Below are positions 28,110 to 38,383 of a DNA stretch of 64,000 nt, piece by piece; position 1 is the stretch's first letter; each line of letters begins with the position of its first letter. The notes beneath the pieces are model-generated. The model ran no database searches. It saw only the letters and a list, made by a program, of their open reading frames with translations, and was not told the origin of the DNA. The position numbers were made by a program, and so were the translations under genes. Source of the DNA: Candidatus Parcubacteria bacterium (GTDB lineage Bacteria > Patescibacteriota > Patescibacteriia > Patescibacteriales > BM507); the NCBI GenBank assembly GCA_002869265.1, contig PKTH01000036.1, positions 50,224-114,223 on the forward strand. Direction: 5' to 3'.

Positions 28110-28215
28110 AGCACCCTCCCATAGTTTTATGTGATATGTTTTTTTATAAATAAAGAGCTGACGATAAAATTTAGCAAAAAATGAGAAAGAAGTCAATATT
28201 TAGCAGAGGTGTATT

Positions 28216-28242
28216 TTAGCACTCTTGACACTAGACTGCTAA
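28216..28242 (+). promoter_or_regulatory. CIRCE operator (HrcA binding site) upstream of hrcA
   Basis: TTAGCACTC-ttgacacta-GACTGCTAA has one mismatch to the consensus TTAGCACTC-N9-GAGTGCTAA. The spacer contains TTGACA. Confidence 0.75.
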
Positions 28243-28280
28243 GAGTGTTAAAATGTTCATAGTTCAAAAAAAATAAGTTT

Positions 28281-28970
28281 ATGAACGACAGAAAACAGCT
28301 AATATTAAATACAATAATCAAGGAGTATATAAACACAGGGAATCCAATAAGTTCTGGGTTTTTGGTTGAAAAATATAGTCTAGACGTTTCTCCTGCGACA
28401 GTTAGAAATGATATGGTTTTTTTGGAGAACGAGGGGTATATTGTCCAACCACACACATCTGCTGGTCGCATACCTACAGAGGAAGCTTTTAAATATTTTT
28501 TAAAAAACTTAAAAGATAAAAAATTAAGTACCAAAGATTCAGAGCTGATTGATGATGTTATGATTGGTATGGAAGAAAAGAATTTAAAACAAACCGCTAA
28601 AGAGGTAGCTCGGATATCGGGACAAACTGTTTTTTGGGCTTTTCATAAGAATAGTCTTTACTATACAGGTGTTTCAAATCTCCTAAACCAGCCTGAGTTT
28701 AAACAAGAAGACACTATATATGATATTTCTTTAATAATTGATCACATGGATGATACCATTGAAAAAATTTTTGAAGGAATCCCTCATGAGAACAATGTAG
28801 TATTGCTTGGATCAGAAAACCCTTTTGGAGATATGTGTGGGACCGTTATGTTTAAATATAAGAGAGGAAAACAGTCAGGACTTTTTGGTATAATGGGTCC
28901 GGTTAGAATGGATTATCAATACTGTGTGTCTATTTCGAATTTTATTAAAAATAAACTAAAGGATAAATAA
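28281..28970 (+). CDS. hrcA: Heat-inducible transcription repressor HrcA (short form)
   Basis: N-terminal winged HTH (ISSGFLVEKYSLDVSPATVRNDMVFLENEGYIVQPHTSAGRIPTEEAF). Confidence 0.8.
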   Translation: MNDRKQLILNTIIKEYINTGNPISSGFLVEKYSLDVSPATVRNDMVFLENEGYIVQPHTSAGRIPTEEAFKYFLKNLKDKKLSTKDSELIDDVMIGMEEKNLKQTAKEVARISGQTVFWAFHKNSLYYTGVSNLLNQPEFKQEDTIYDISLIIDHMDDTIEKIFEGIPHENNVVLLGSENPFGDMCGTVMFKYKRGKQSGLFGIMGPVRMDYQYCVSISNFIKNKLKDK

Positions 28971-28973
28971 AAC

Positions 28974-29828
28974 ATGGAAAAAGAAAAAAAATATCCGAGA
29001 TTAGTAGTCTCAGCATTTATATTCAATGACAAGGAAGAGCTGCTCCTGGTGAGACATCCAAGATGGAATAATCAATATATTATTCCTGGCGGAAAAGTTG
29101 AGTATAACGAAAATCTTGAGGCAGCAGTTATAAGAGAAGTAAAGGAAGAGACAAACTTGGACGTAGTTGATATAGAGTTCTTGAAAATTACCGAGAGGCC
29201 AAACCTTGGCGATAAATACCTTAAAGACGATAAGCATTTGGTTTCCGTTCAATATTTAACAAAAGTAAAGAATGAGAAAAAGTTTAAGGAAAGTGACGAG
29301 GCGAAAGATCCAAAATGGTTAAAACCACAAGAATGGTTGAATGAAAAAGAAGTTGAGGAGAGTGTGATTGAAGTAATAAAAACAAAATTAATTGATAGGT
29401 CTAGCTTTGAAGACATGTATAAAAGAGCTTTGGCTGATTATCAGAACCTTTTAAAACAAAGTGCAAAAGAAAAACAAGATTTTGTTAAATTCGCCAACGA
29501 ACAAATGCTATATGAGTTAATCCCTGTTTTTGATAATTTGAAATTGGCGATTAAGCATGCGGACGATGAAGCGCAGAAAAACCCGTGGTTTGCTGGAGTG
29601 GTTCATGTAACGAAACAATTTGAAGATGTTTTATCAAGCATAGGCCTGGTTGAACTAAAGGCTGAAAATGAAAAATTTGATCACAATACGATGGAAGCAT
29701 TGGAAAAAGAAGAAACAGATGACAAAAAGAAAGACGGCTTGGTTAGTAAGGTGGTAAAACCAGGATACAAATTAAAAGACAAAGTAATAAGCCATACCAA
29801 AGTTGTGGTTTATGAATATAAAAAATAA
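28974..29828 (+). CDS. grpE: Nudix hydrolase domain fused to nucleotide exchange factor GrpE
   Basis: Nudix box GKVEYNENLEAAVIREVKEETNL in the N-terminal 140 aa. The C-terminal half is GrpE (KFANEQMLYELIPVFDNLKLAI...KPGYKLKDKVISHTKVVVYEY). Confidence 0.85.
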   Translation: MEKEKKYPRLVVSAFIFNDKEELLLVRHPRWNNQYIIPGGKVEYNENLEAAVIREVKEETNLDVVDIEFLKITERPNLGDKYLKDDKHLVSVQYLTKVKNEKKFKESDEAKDPKWLKPQEWLNEKEVEESVIEVIKTKLIDRSSFEDMYKRALADYQNLLKQSAKEKQDFVKFANEQMLYELIPVFDNLKLAIKHADDEAQKNPWFAGVVHVTKQFEDVLSSIGLVELKAENEKFDHNTMEALEKEETDDKKKDGLVSKVVKPGYKLKDKVISHTKVVVYEYKK

Positions 29829-29878
29829 TTAATTATTTAATAGATCTTTAAAAGATTTATTAAATAAAGAAAAAAAAT

Positions 29879-30304
29879 ATGACAAGATTAGTAAGATGGT
29901 CACCATTCTTCGATGGATTCGAAGATTTCGATGAACTATTTCCCTCAGTTAGAGGAGACAAGTCTGGTTTTGTCCCAGCGGTTGATATGTATCAAGATGA
30001 AAAGAATGTTATTGTTGAGGCTCAAATGGCCGGAATCGATCCAGAGGATGTTAGTATCTCAATTGAAAATGATGTTCTTGTGATAAAAGGCGAAAGTGAA
30101 AAAACCAGCGAAGTTGATGACAAAAACTATTATAAAAAAGAAATAAAAAGAGGTAGTTTTTTCAGAAGCATTCCTCTGCCAACAAAAGTTGATGGAGAGA
30201 AGGCTGATGCAGAGACTTGTGATGGAGTTCTAAAAATAGTTATTCCAAAAATAAGTGAAGTGAAATCAAAAACAATTAAAATAAAAAATAAGAATAAAAA
30301 ATAA
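29879..30304 (+). CDS. Hsp20/alpha-crystallin family small heat-shock protein
   Basis: PAVDMYQDEKNVIVEAQMAGIDPEDVSISIENDVLVIKGE...DGVLKIVIPK. Confidence 0.85.
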   Translation: MTRLVRWSPFFDGFEDFDELFPSVRGDKSGFVPAVDMYQDEKNVIVEAQMAGIDPEDVSISIENDVLVIKGESEKTSEVDDKNYYKKEIKRGSFFRSIPLPTKVDGEKADAETCDGVLKIVIPKISEVKSKTIKIKNKNKK

Positions 30305-30325
30305 TTAATCTAATAACTTAAGTAT

Positions 30326-31186
30326 ATGGATGGACTTAACCCAGTAAAAAAGAGTGCGAGCAAAAACCCCGCGCAAAAAAAGGTGAGTAAATCTGTAGGA
30401 AAGAGTATGCCCCAAAAAAATAGTTTATTGAGCAATATCCTTGCCGTTGTTATAACAGCAGTCATAGTTGGCGGAGCAATTTATGTCTGGCAAGACAGAT
30501 CAAACGATGAAAGACTTAGTGAGATTGAGAGAAATGCCAAAAACGTAAGAGATGGCTATGATAGAAGCCTGAAAAACCTTGAAAACGAAAACAGAAAAGC
30601 ATCTGAAGAGGTTGATAAACTCTTACAAGAGAAAGAGGACTTAGAGTCAAAGGTTAAGTTGGTTGAAGGAGCTGTTAAGAAGTATGAAAACGAGGAATTG
30701 GGAATAACATTCTCTTACCCTGCGATCCTCGGTAATCTCATTTACGAAAAAAAAGCAGGACAAGCTGGAGAGAAATTTATTGCAAGATTTGATAATAACC
30801 CAAGCTTTGTCATGGCTGGAGTGAGTGAAGACTATATTGATTCAGAAAACTCAACAAGCACAGAAACAAACTTCGAAGATTTTATAAGAATTGATAAGAA
30901 CAGAGATGAATATAGTTATTTAGTGCGTTACATGGGAGAAACAGTGGAATACGCGCTTGAGCCGCTTGAAGTGATAGATTTTTCAGACGGTGAGGCTCTA
31001 TTGGTTGATAAGAACTCTTTCTTAGGCGAACCCGGGACTGCAGCGATTGGTATCGGTGAGAACTTGGGAGCGCTTATCAGCACAGACAAAGAGGGCTTTT
31101 CAGGAATCGCAATGTTAAATTCTGATTTTGGAAGACTTTCTCCAGAATCGTTCAAGGAATTATTAAAAAGTATAGAAATTAAATAA
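30326..31186 (+). CDS. Hypothetical membrane-anchored coiled-coil protein embedded in the chaperone locus
   Basis: N-terminal TM (ILAVVITAVIVGGAIYVW), coiled coil, then a 170-aa domain of unknown function. Confidence 0.6.
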   Translation: MDGLNPVKKSASKNPAQKKVSKSVGKSMPQKNSLLSNILAVVITAVIVGGAIYVWQDRSNDERLSEIERNAKNVRDGYDRSLKNLENENRKASEEVDKLLQEKEDLESKVKLVEGAVKKYENEELGITFSYPAILGNLIYEKKAGQAGEKFIARFDNNPSFVMAGVSEDYIDSENSTSTETNFEDFIRIDKNRDEYSYLVRYMGETVEYALEPLEVIDFSDGEALLVDKNSFLGEPGTAAIGIGENLGALISTDKEGFSGIAMLNSDFGRLSPESFKELLKSIEIK

Positions 31187-31200
31187 ATAAAATAATTAAG

Positions 31201-31215
31201 TATCGTTTAACGATA
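31201..31215. promoter_or_regulatory. Perfect 15-bp palindrome immediately upstream of dnaK
   Basis: TATCGTT-T-AACGATA, 11 nt upstream of the dnaK ATG. Confidence 0.3.
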
Positions 31216-31225
31216 AAAAAACAGT

Positions 31226-33148
31226 ATGGGAAAAATATTAGGAATTGATTTGGGGACCACAAATTCTGCGATGGCAATCATCGAAGGTGGTCAGCCAAAA
31301 ATCTTAGAAAATGCTGAAGGAAATAGAACAACTCCTTCAATTATTGCAGTTTCTAAGAACAACGAAAGACTGGTTGGTCAAACTGCAAAAAGACAGGCAG
31401 TTACCAACCCAGCAAATACACTTTATGCAATCAAAAGATTGATTGGGAGAAAGTTTGAAGATGAAGAAGTTCAAAGAGACTTGAACACCTCTCCTTTTGA
31501 GATTGTCAAAGCAAATGGCGGGGTAAAAATAAAAATGGGAGATAAGGAATATACCCCCCAAGAAATATCAGCCATGACTCTTGGAAAACTAAAAGCTGAT
31601 GCAGAGGCAAAAATTGGTGAAAAAATCACTGAAGCAGTAGTAACAGTGCCTGCTTATTTTAATGATGCTCAAAGACAAGCCACAAAAGACGCTGGTAAAA
31701 TCGCAGGGCTAGATATTAAGAGAATTATCAACGAACCAACCGCCGCAGCCTTGGCTTATGGATTTGATAAGAAAAAAGGTCAGCAAATCGCTGTATACGA
31801 TCTTGGTGGAGGAACATTTGATATCTCTATCTTAGATGTTTCTGAGGACACAGTTGAAGTTAAATCAACAAATGGAGATACTCATCTTGGTGGTGAAGAT
31901 TTTGATCAAAGAATAATTAAATGGATTATTGAAGAATTTAAAAAGGATCAGGGAATTGACTTATCAAAAGATCCTCTTTCTCTCCAAAGAATTAAAGAAG
32001 CAGCCGAGAAAGCTAAAATTGAGCTTTCAACAACAATGGAGACAGAGATAAATCAACCATTTATCACAACTGATAATAATGGGCCAAAGCACTTGGTTCT
32101 AAAAATGACTAGAGCAAAACTTGAAGAATTGGTTGGAGACCTAATCGAGAAAACATTAGAGCCTTGCAAAAAAGCATTGGAAGATGCTGGTATGAAAACT
32201 TCTGATATTGAAGAGGTTATTATGGTTGGAGGAATGACTAGAATGCCTATGGTTCAAGCCAAAGTTAAGGAATATTTCGGGAAAGAACCACATCTTGGTG
32301 TAAATCCAGACGAAGTAGTTGCTCTGGGAGCGGCTGTGCAGGCTGGCGTACTTCAAGGAGATGTTAAAGATGTTCTTCTTCTGGACGTTACCCCGCTTAC
32401 CCTTGGAATTGAAACACTCGGTGGTGTAGCTACTCCATTAATCGAAAGAAATACAACAATCCCAGCTTCAAAAGCTCAAACTTTTTCAACTGCAGCAGAT
32501 AATCAAGCAAGCGTTGAGATTAACGTAGTTCAGGGAGAGAGACCAATGGCAGCAGATAATAAGAGTTTGGGTAGATTTATGTTAGATGGTATTCCACCGG
32601 CACCAAGAGGTGTTCCTCAGGTTGAAGTAAAATTTGATATTGACGCTAATGGTATTTTGAATGTTTCAGCTGTAGACAAGGCAACAAACAAAGAACAAAA
32701 AATTACCATTACAGCTTCATCGGGTCTATCTGAAGAAGAAGTTGAGAAAATGAAAAAAGAGGCAGAAATGCATGCTGACGAAGACAAGAAAAAGAAAGAG
32801 ACAATTGAAACAAAGAATCATGCTGATGCTGTTGTTTTTCAAACCGAAAAACTTATTCAAGAGTCTGGAGAAAAAATGAAAGAAGAGGATAAGAAGGAAT
32901 TAGAAGAAAAGCTAGAGGAATTGAAAAAAGTAAAAGACTCTGATGATACTGAAGATATTAAAGCTAAAATGGAAGCTCTAAATCAAATTGCTCAAAAAAT
33001 TGGAGCCGCTATGTATCAGCAACCAGGACAAGAGACCGCTGGAGCTGAAGCGGGTGCTGAATCAGGAGAGGAGAAAAAAGAAGAAGGGCCAGTTGAAGGA
33101 GAATTTGAGGAAGGATCTTCCGATGATTCTAGTAAAGAAAAGAAATAG
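31226..33148 (+). CDS. dnaK: Chaperone DnaK (Hsp70)
   Basis: [24 protein letters not shown] and an acidic C-terminal tail. Confidence 0.97.
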   Translation: MGKILGIDLGTTNSAMAIIEGGQPKILENAEGNRTTPSIIAVSKNNERLVGQTAKRQAVTNPANTLYAIKRLIGRKFEDEEVQRDLNTSPFEIVKANGGVKIKMGDKEYTPQEISAMTLGKLKADAEAKIGEKITEAVVTVPAYFNDAQRQATKDAGKIAGLDIKRIINEPTAAALAYGFDKKKGQQIAVYDLGGGTFDISILDVSEDTVEVKSTNGDTHLGGEDFDQRIIKWIIEEFKKDQGIDLSKDPLSLQRIKEAAEKAKIELSTTMETEINQPFITTDNNGPKHLVLKMTRAKLEELVGDLIEKTLEPCKKALEDAGMKTSDIEEVIMVGGMTRMPMVQAKVKEYFGKEPHLGVNPDEVVALGAAVQAGVLQGDVKDVLLLDVTPLTLGIETLGGVATPLIERNTTIPASKAQTFSTAADNQASVEINVVQGERPMAADNKSLGRFMLDGIPPAPRGVPQVEVKFDIDANGILNVSAVDKATNKEQKITITASSGLSEEEVEKMKKEAEMHADEDKKKKETIETKNHADAVVFQTEKLIQESGEKMKEEDKKELEEKLEELKKVKDSDDTEDIKAKMEALNQIAQKIGAAMYQQPGQETAGAEAGAESGEEKKEEGPVEGEFEEGSSDDSSKEKK

Positions 33149-33217
33149 TATTTTTATAGGTTACCTCTTTTTATAAAAGGGGTAACTACTTAAAAATATA
33201 ATAAACTAAAGTCAAAT

Positions 33218-33514
33218 ATGTCTAATCAAAAAAAACAAGTCAAAAAAGAGATTAAAATTGCTGATAATATACCAGGAGCAGAATACGCCAATGCTATGCA
33301 GGTAAACCATACAAAAGATGAATTTCAGATGATGTTTCTAAATATTTTTGGAGCAAGCGGAAGAGTTACTAATAAGATTATTTCTAGCCCGGGTCATGTT
33401 AAAAAAATGGTGCTAGCTCTAACAGAAAATATTAAGAAGTATGAAGATAATCATGGAAAGATCGAGGAAGCTGAGATTGGTGGTAATGAAATTGGCTTTA
33501 AAGAAAATAAATAA
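33218..33514 (+). CDS. DUF3467-like small protein between dnaK and dnaJ
   Basis: 98 aa; the AEYANAMQVNHTKDEFQMMF motif is typical of the DUF3467 family. Confidence 0.6.
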   Translation: MSNQKKQVKKEIKIADNIPGAEYANAMQVNHTKDEFQMMFLNIFGASGRVTNKIISSPGHVKKMVLALTENIKKYEDNHGKIEEAEIGGNEIGFKENK

Positions 33515-34573
33515 ATGGGAAAAGACTACTATAAAATATTAGGCGTTGAAAAAAACGCTAATGCTGATGAGCTTAAAAAAGCCTTTAGAAAAAAAGCACA
33601 TGAGTATCACCCTGATAAAAAAACTGGTGACGAAGCTAAATTTAAGGAAATAAACGAGGCTTATCAGGTTCTTAGTGATCCTAAAAAAAGATCACAATAT
33701 GATCAATTTGGATCAAATTTTCAAAATGGCCAAGCTGGTGGTGCCGGGTTTGGAGGTTTTGACGGTATGAACATAAATATGGATGACCTGGGAGACATGT
33801 TTGGTGGTTTTGGTGATATTTTTGGATTCGGGGGTGGCGGAAGATCAAGGTCAAAGAGGGGGGCTGATATTGAAACGAATATAAATATTAATTTCAATGA
33901 GGCTGTTTTTGGCACGGAAAAAGAAATAAGCATTAGAAAAAAAACCAAATGTGATAGGTGCGATGGAGTTGGCGCTGAGCCTGGAACAGATGTAAAAACA
34001 TGTACTACCTGTAACGGGGCTGGAAGGGTTAGCCGTGTTCAACAAACCATCCTTGGTTCCATTCAAACTCAAACAACTTGCCCAGCTTGCCATGGAGAAG
34101 GCAAGGAATTTTCTAATAAATGCACTAAGTGTTCAGGGCATGGAATTTCTCTTGAGAATGTTAAACTGAAAATAAAAATACCTGCAGGAATTGATAATGG
34201 TGAGGCTCTTAGAATGCCTGCCAATGGAGAGGCCGGGGAGAAAGGAGCGCCAGCCGGTGATTTGTATATAAGGGTAAATGTTGAACCAGATAAAAGATTT
34301 GTGCGTGATGGGGTAGATATTGTATCAAAGCTTAATATTAGTTTTACTCAGGCAGTTTTAGGTGATAAAATAAATGTAGAAACCGTTGATGGGCCGGTGA
34401 AGCTTAAAATACCTGAAGGGACTCAAACAGGAACAATATTTAAAATGAGGGGACGAGGAGTTAGTAAATTAAATGGAAGGGGTCGTGGAGATCACTTAGT
34501 TCATGTGAACATACTGACACCTAAAAACCTTGATAAAAAAACAAAAAAAGCATTACAAGACTTAAATATTTAA
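33515..34573 (+). CDS. dnaJ: Chaperone DnaJ
   Basis: J-domain with HPD (YHPDKK), a G/F region and four CxxCxGxG zinc repeats. Confidence 0.95.
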   Translation: MGKDYYKILGVEKNANADELKKAFRKKAHEYHPDKKTGDEAKFKEINEAYQVLSDPKKRSQYDQFGSNFQNGQAGGAGFGGFDGMNINMDDLGDMFGGFGDIFGFGGGGRSRSKRGADIETNININFNEAVFGTEKEISIRKKTKCDRCDGVGAEPGTDVKTCTTCNGAGRVSRVQQTILGSIQTQTTCPACHGEGKEFSNKCTKCSGHGISLENVKLKIKIPAGIDNGEALRMPANGEAGEKGAPAGDLYIRVNVEPDKRFVRDGVDIVSKLNISFTQAVLGDKINVETVDGPVKLKIPEGTQTGTIFKMRGRGVSKLNGRGRGDHLVHVNILTPKNLDKKTKKALQDLNI

Positions 34574-34582
34574 CGTAATTTT

Positions 34583-35041
34583 ATGATAAATGAAGGAAGC
34601 TTTGGGGAAAACAAAGAAAAAAACTTTGAGATAATGCTTGATGGAATTATAGATGGTGTAAAAAATGAAGAAGTTTTTTTGAATCAAATAAAAAATGGAG
34701 AAAAGTTGGGGATGGATTTTGTTATGAATGTTATTCAAAGGCTAGATAGAGAGACGGGACAAGATTCTAGTATGAATCCTGAAATCGAAGAATATTACAA
34801 AAAAATAGTAAAGAGAATAAGAGAACGTATTGGCAGTGATGGCTTTTTTATGTCAACGGAAGAGTCGAAAGAAAGCAAGGAGAAAAGTGAGACGAAAGAG
34901 TTAGAAAACGATCCCCAAGAGAAGAGAAAGGTGGGCATTGAGAACAGTGCTGAGAAAGAGCTTACAGAAGAACAAGAAGCAGATATAAAGACAAAGCTAG
35001 AAAACACTGATCCTAAAACCTGGGGGAAAGATGAAAGCTAA
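34583..35041 (+). CDS. Hypothetical acidic protein (152 aa)
   Basis: ORF directly after dnaJ, rich in Glu and Lys. No motif recognised. Confidence 0.5.
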   Translation: MINEGSFGENKEKNFEIMLDGIIDGVKNEEVFLNQIKNGEKLGMDFVMNVIQRLDRETGQDSSMNPEIEEYYKKIVKRIRERIGSDGFFMSTEESKESKEKSETKELENDPQEKRKVGIENSAEKELTEEQEADIKTKLENTDPKTWGKDES

Positions 35042-35169
35042 TATCACTTCAAAAGTTATGTAACAAACTTGGCTAACTGTCAATATTGAAGCAAAATCAT
35101 TCATTTATTATAATGTGTATATAACTAATAAATAAACTACATTTTTTGTAGTTTTATTTTTGAAAACCC

Positions 35170-36099
35170 ATGATTGAAGTAAAAAATCTAAGCAAAAAGT
35201 TTGGTTCAACCAAGGTTTTGGATGACATCAACTTTTCTGTGGAAAAAGGAGAAATCCTAGGTTTTCTTGGTCCGAATGGAGCAGGAAAGTCCACAACAAT
35301 GAAAATCATCACTTCTTTTTGGGCAGGTAGTGATGGAACCGTCCATATTGACGGTAAAAATGTTGCCAATCAGTCACTTTTGACTAGAGAAAAAATTGGC
35401 TATTTGCCCGAGAATGTCCCTCTTTATGATGAAATGAGGGTTTTTGAATACTTAAAGTTTATTGCAGAAGTTAGGGGTATAGGCAAAGATGAACAAAAAA
35501 AGGCTATCACTAAAGCCTCAGAAGCCTGTGGCCTTTCAAAAGTTCTCAGAAAACCTATTGATGAACTTTCAAAATGTTATAAACAAAGAGTTGGCTTGGC
35601 TCAAGCAATAATACATGAGCCGGATATTTTGATTTTAGATGAGCCGACAACCGGTCTTGATCCAAATCAAATCGCTGAGATTAGAGATCTGATCAAGAAG
35701 ATCGGCAAAGAGAAAACGGTTATTTTTTCTACCCACATTCTAAGTGAGGTATCAGCTACTTGCGACAGAGTGATTATTATTAATGAGGGTAAAATAGTCG
35801 GTGAAGGAAAACCGGAAGAACTGATGAATAAATCTTCGCACAAAGAATTGGTATATATAAAAATAAAAGCAGACAAAGAAGCGGCTCTTAAGCGTTTGAA
35901 AGAACTTGAGAATGTCGAGAATGTTGAAGTGAAAGATAAGGAAGCTTCAAACATTTATGGATATTCTATAGAGCCAAAAAAAGGTGTAGATATTCGAGAA
36001 TATTTATCAATCGCAGTTACTCAGCAAGGTTGGCCAATTTTAGAACTCAGAAGAAAGAAAACTAGCCTTGAAGACGTCTTTAGAGAATTAACTAAATAA
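35170..36099 (+). CDS. ABC transporter ATP-binding protein (GldA-like, ABC-2 type)
   Basis: Walker A GPNGAGKST, signature LSKCYKQRVGLAQA and Walker B ILILDEP. Confidence 0.9.
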   Translation: MIEVKNLSKKFGSTKVLDDINFSVEKGEILGFLGPNGAGKSTTMKIITSFWAGSDGTVHIDGKNVANQSLLTREKIGYLPENVPLYDEMRVFEYLKFIAEVRGIGKDEQKKAITKASEACGLSKVLRKPIDELSKCYKQRVGLAQAIIHEPDILILDEPTTGLDPNQIAEIRDLIKKIGKEKTVIFSTHILSEVSATCDRVIIINEGKIVGEGKPEELMNKSSHKELVYIKIKADKEAALKRLKELENVENVEVKDKEASNIYGYSIEPKKGVDIREYLSIAVTQQGWPILELRRKKTSLEDVFRELTK

Positions 36100-36103
36100 A
36101 AAT

Positions 36104-36835
36104 ATGGATAAAAATTATATAAAGATAATCTATTCACTTTTCAAGAAAGAGCTGATGTCTTACTTTAACTCTCCGATAGCCTATATTTTTATTGGAGTTT
36201 TTCTAGTTGTTGGTAATTGGCTTTTCTTTAAGTGGTTTTTTCTGATTGGACAGGCTAGCATGAGAAATTATTTTTCATTGCTTCCTTGGATTTTTCTATT
36301 TTTAGCACCAGCACTTACTATGCGCTTGTGGGCAGAAGAGAAAAGGAGTGGAACAATAGAGTTTTTACTGACTCTTCCGGTGACAGACTGGCAGGTGGTT
36401 CTGTCTAAGTTCTTGGGAGCTTTGAGTTTCTTATTTATCGCTCTTTTAATGACATTTACCCTCCCTATTTCAGTTCTTTCTCTTGGAAATGCAGATTTTG
36501 GTCCTATCTTCGGTTCATATTTGGGGGCATTATTCTTGGGCGGGTCTTACCTGGCTCTAGGCTTATTTATTTCCAGTGTAACCAAGAACCAGATTATCGC
36601 TTTTATTCTAGGGGTTATGGCTTGTTTTGCCTTCTTTATGATTGGCGCTGATTTTGTTTTAGCTGGGGCACCCGCATCAGTAGCACCAATAATGAAATTT
36701 TTAGGCTTAGGCAGTCACTTCAATAGTATTGCAAAGGGTGTGATTGATTCGAAAGACGTAGTTTACTACATTTCATTTATATTTATCTTCTTATGGCTTA
36801 ATGCTCGAGTTATTGAGAGCAGAAGTTGGAAATAA
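36104..36835 (+). CDS. ABC-2 family transporter permease (GldF-like)
   Basis: 243 aa with 6 TM helices, directly downstream of the ATPase. Confidence 0.75.
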   Translation: MDKNYIKIIYSLFKKELMSYFNSPIAYIFIGVFLVVGNWLFFKWFFLIGQASMRNYFSLLPWIFLFLAPALTMRLWAEEKRSGTIEFLLTLPVTDWQVVLSKFLGALSFLFIALLMTFTLPISVLSLGNADFGPIFGSYLGALFLGGSYLALGLFISSVTKNQIIAFILGVMACFAFFMIGADFVLAGAPASVAPIMKFLGLGSHFNSIAKGVIDSKDVVYYISFIFIFLWLNARVIESRSWK

Positions 36836-36846
36836 TAAACAAAAAT

Positions 36847-38370
36847 ATGAAAATGATCAAACAAAGTAGAGAAACATATATTGCTTTATTATTTATAATC
36901 GGCATTATAATTTTAGTAAATTTTTTCTCTTATAAATTATTCTTAAGACTGGATTTAACTCAAAATAAAGAGTTTTCAGTCTCAGGAGTGACAAAAAATA
37001 CTCTAAAGAACTTAGACGATATTGTGAATATTAAAGTATATTTTTCAAAGTCCTTGCCAAGTCAATTTATTTCTCTTAGGGAAAACGTTGGTGACATATT
37101 GGACGGGTATACTAATTATTCAAGTGGTAATATAAAGGTGTCATTTGTCGATCCGTCAGATGATGATAATTTGGCCAGCAGCCTTTATATGAAGGGTATC
37201 CCTGAATTGCAGTTTGAGGTTTTTGAAAAAGATCAAATGCAATTAGTGAAAGGTTATATGGGTATCTTGATAGAATATGGTGATGCATTCGAGGCTCTTC
37301 CTGTGGTTCAGGATACAAAAAGTCTTGAATATCAAATAACCCTAGCTATAAAGAAGCTTAGCTCAGGTGAACTGAGAAAGATTGGTTTGTTTAATGGGTA
37401 TTCAGCTCTTAGTAGAGATGAAATGGGTGAAGCAATTTCAAAGCTTGAAGAATTATACGAAGTTGTTGATGTGGATTTGGCTGGAGTTGAGGTGGTAGAC
37501 AAAACTCTTGAAACCTTGATTATCGCTGGTCCTAAAGAGCTTATCTCAGAAGAAGATCTTAAAAAAATAGATGAATATGTAAATACTGGTGGGAATTTAT
37601 TGGTATTGGACGAAGGTATTGCTATCACAGAGGGTCTTCAGGCCAGTACAAAGGATGATGGTTTGAGTAGCTTGTTAGCCTCATACGGAATTACTATAAA
37701 TAAAGATATGGTTTTGGAGACAAAAGCAAACTCAGGAGTCGCTTCCTTCAATCAAGGATTTTTTACTTTTCAGACAAATTATCCATACTGGCCTAAAATA
37801 TCCAAGGCAGGTTTTGATCAAGATAACTCAGCGGTTTCAAAATTAGAAAACGTTGTCTTTCCTTGGGCCTCTAGTATAGATATCAATGAAGATAAATTGG
37901 GGGATAACTTTACTGTTTCTTATATTGCTCAAAGTTCGGATAAGTCTTGGAAGAAAACGGAGTCATTTGATTTAAACCCTCAGCAATTATTTGGTCCTGG
38001 TAAAACAGAGGTGAGCACCTTAGCTGTGGATGTTAACGCAAAATTTCAAAGTCCCTATGGTCTTGAATCAAATAATTTTTCTAGAGTTTTGGTTGTAGGT
38101 GATTCAGATTTTGTCTCTGGGAATTTAGTGGGACTTACAGACAATCTAGTATTTTTCCAAAACATAACCGATAGCTTGTCTCTAGACAGCGATTTAATAG
38201 AGGTTAGGTCAAAAGGAATAACAAGCAGGCCAATCACCACTGATATTAGTGATGGACAAAAATCTTTAATTAGGTATTTGAATGTTTTTGGTGTAACAGT
38301 CTTGGTTATAGTTTTTGGTCTTGCTAGGTATTATTTTAGGAAGAAGTCAAACTTTGTAGACGAATTATAA
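36847..38370 (+). CDS. GldG-like ABC-transporter auxiliary component
   Basis: TM helices at both N- and C-termini with a large extracytoplasmic domain. The ATG at 36847 (MKMIKQ) is preferred over the TTG at 36826. Confidence 0.6.
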   Translation: MKMIKQSRETYIALLFIIGIIILVNFFSYKLFLRLDLTQNKEFSVSGVTKNTLKNLDDIVNIKVYFSKSLPSQFISLRENVGDILDGYTNYSSGNIKVSFVDPSDDDNLASSLYMKGIPELQFEVFEKDQMQLVKGYMGILIEYGDAFEALPVVQDTKSLEYQITLAIKKLSSGELRKIGLFNGYSALSRDEMGEAISKLEELYEVVDVDLAGVEVVDKTLETLIIAGPKELISEEDLKKIDEYVNTGGNLLVLDEGIAITEGLQASTKDDGLSSLLASYGITINKDMVLETKANSGVASFNQGFFTFQTNYPYWPKISKAGFDQDNSAVSKLENVVFPWASSIDINEDKLGDNFTVSYIAQSSDKSWKKTESFDLNPQQLFGPGKTEVSTLAVDVNAKFQSPYGLESNNFSRVLVVGDSDFVSGNLVGLTDNLVFFQNITDSLSLDSDLIEVRSKGITSRPITTDISDGQKSLIRYLNVFGVTVLVIVFGLARYYFRKKSNFVDEL

Positions 38371-38383
38371 ATAAAACATAAAT

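Noticed and set aside
28193-28534. 113-aa minus-strand ORF overlapping the hrcA promoter/CIRCE and the hrcA 5' end
   Set aside because: It overlaps the well-supported hrcA CDS and its operator and has no SD. It is most likely an antisense artefact.
31187-31225. Second CIRCE element upstream of dnaK
   Set aside because: No TTAGCACTC/GAGTGCTAA halves are present. The region holds only the unrelated 15-bp ATCGTT/AACGAT palindrome.
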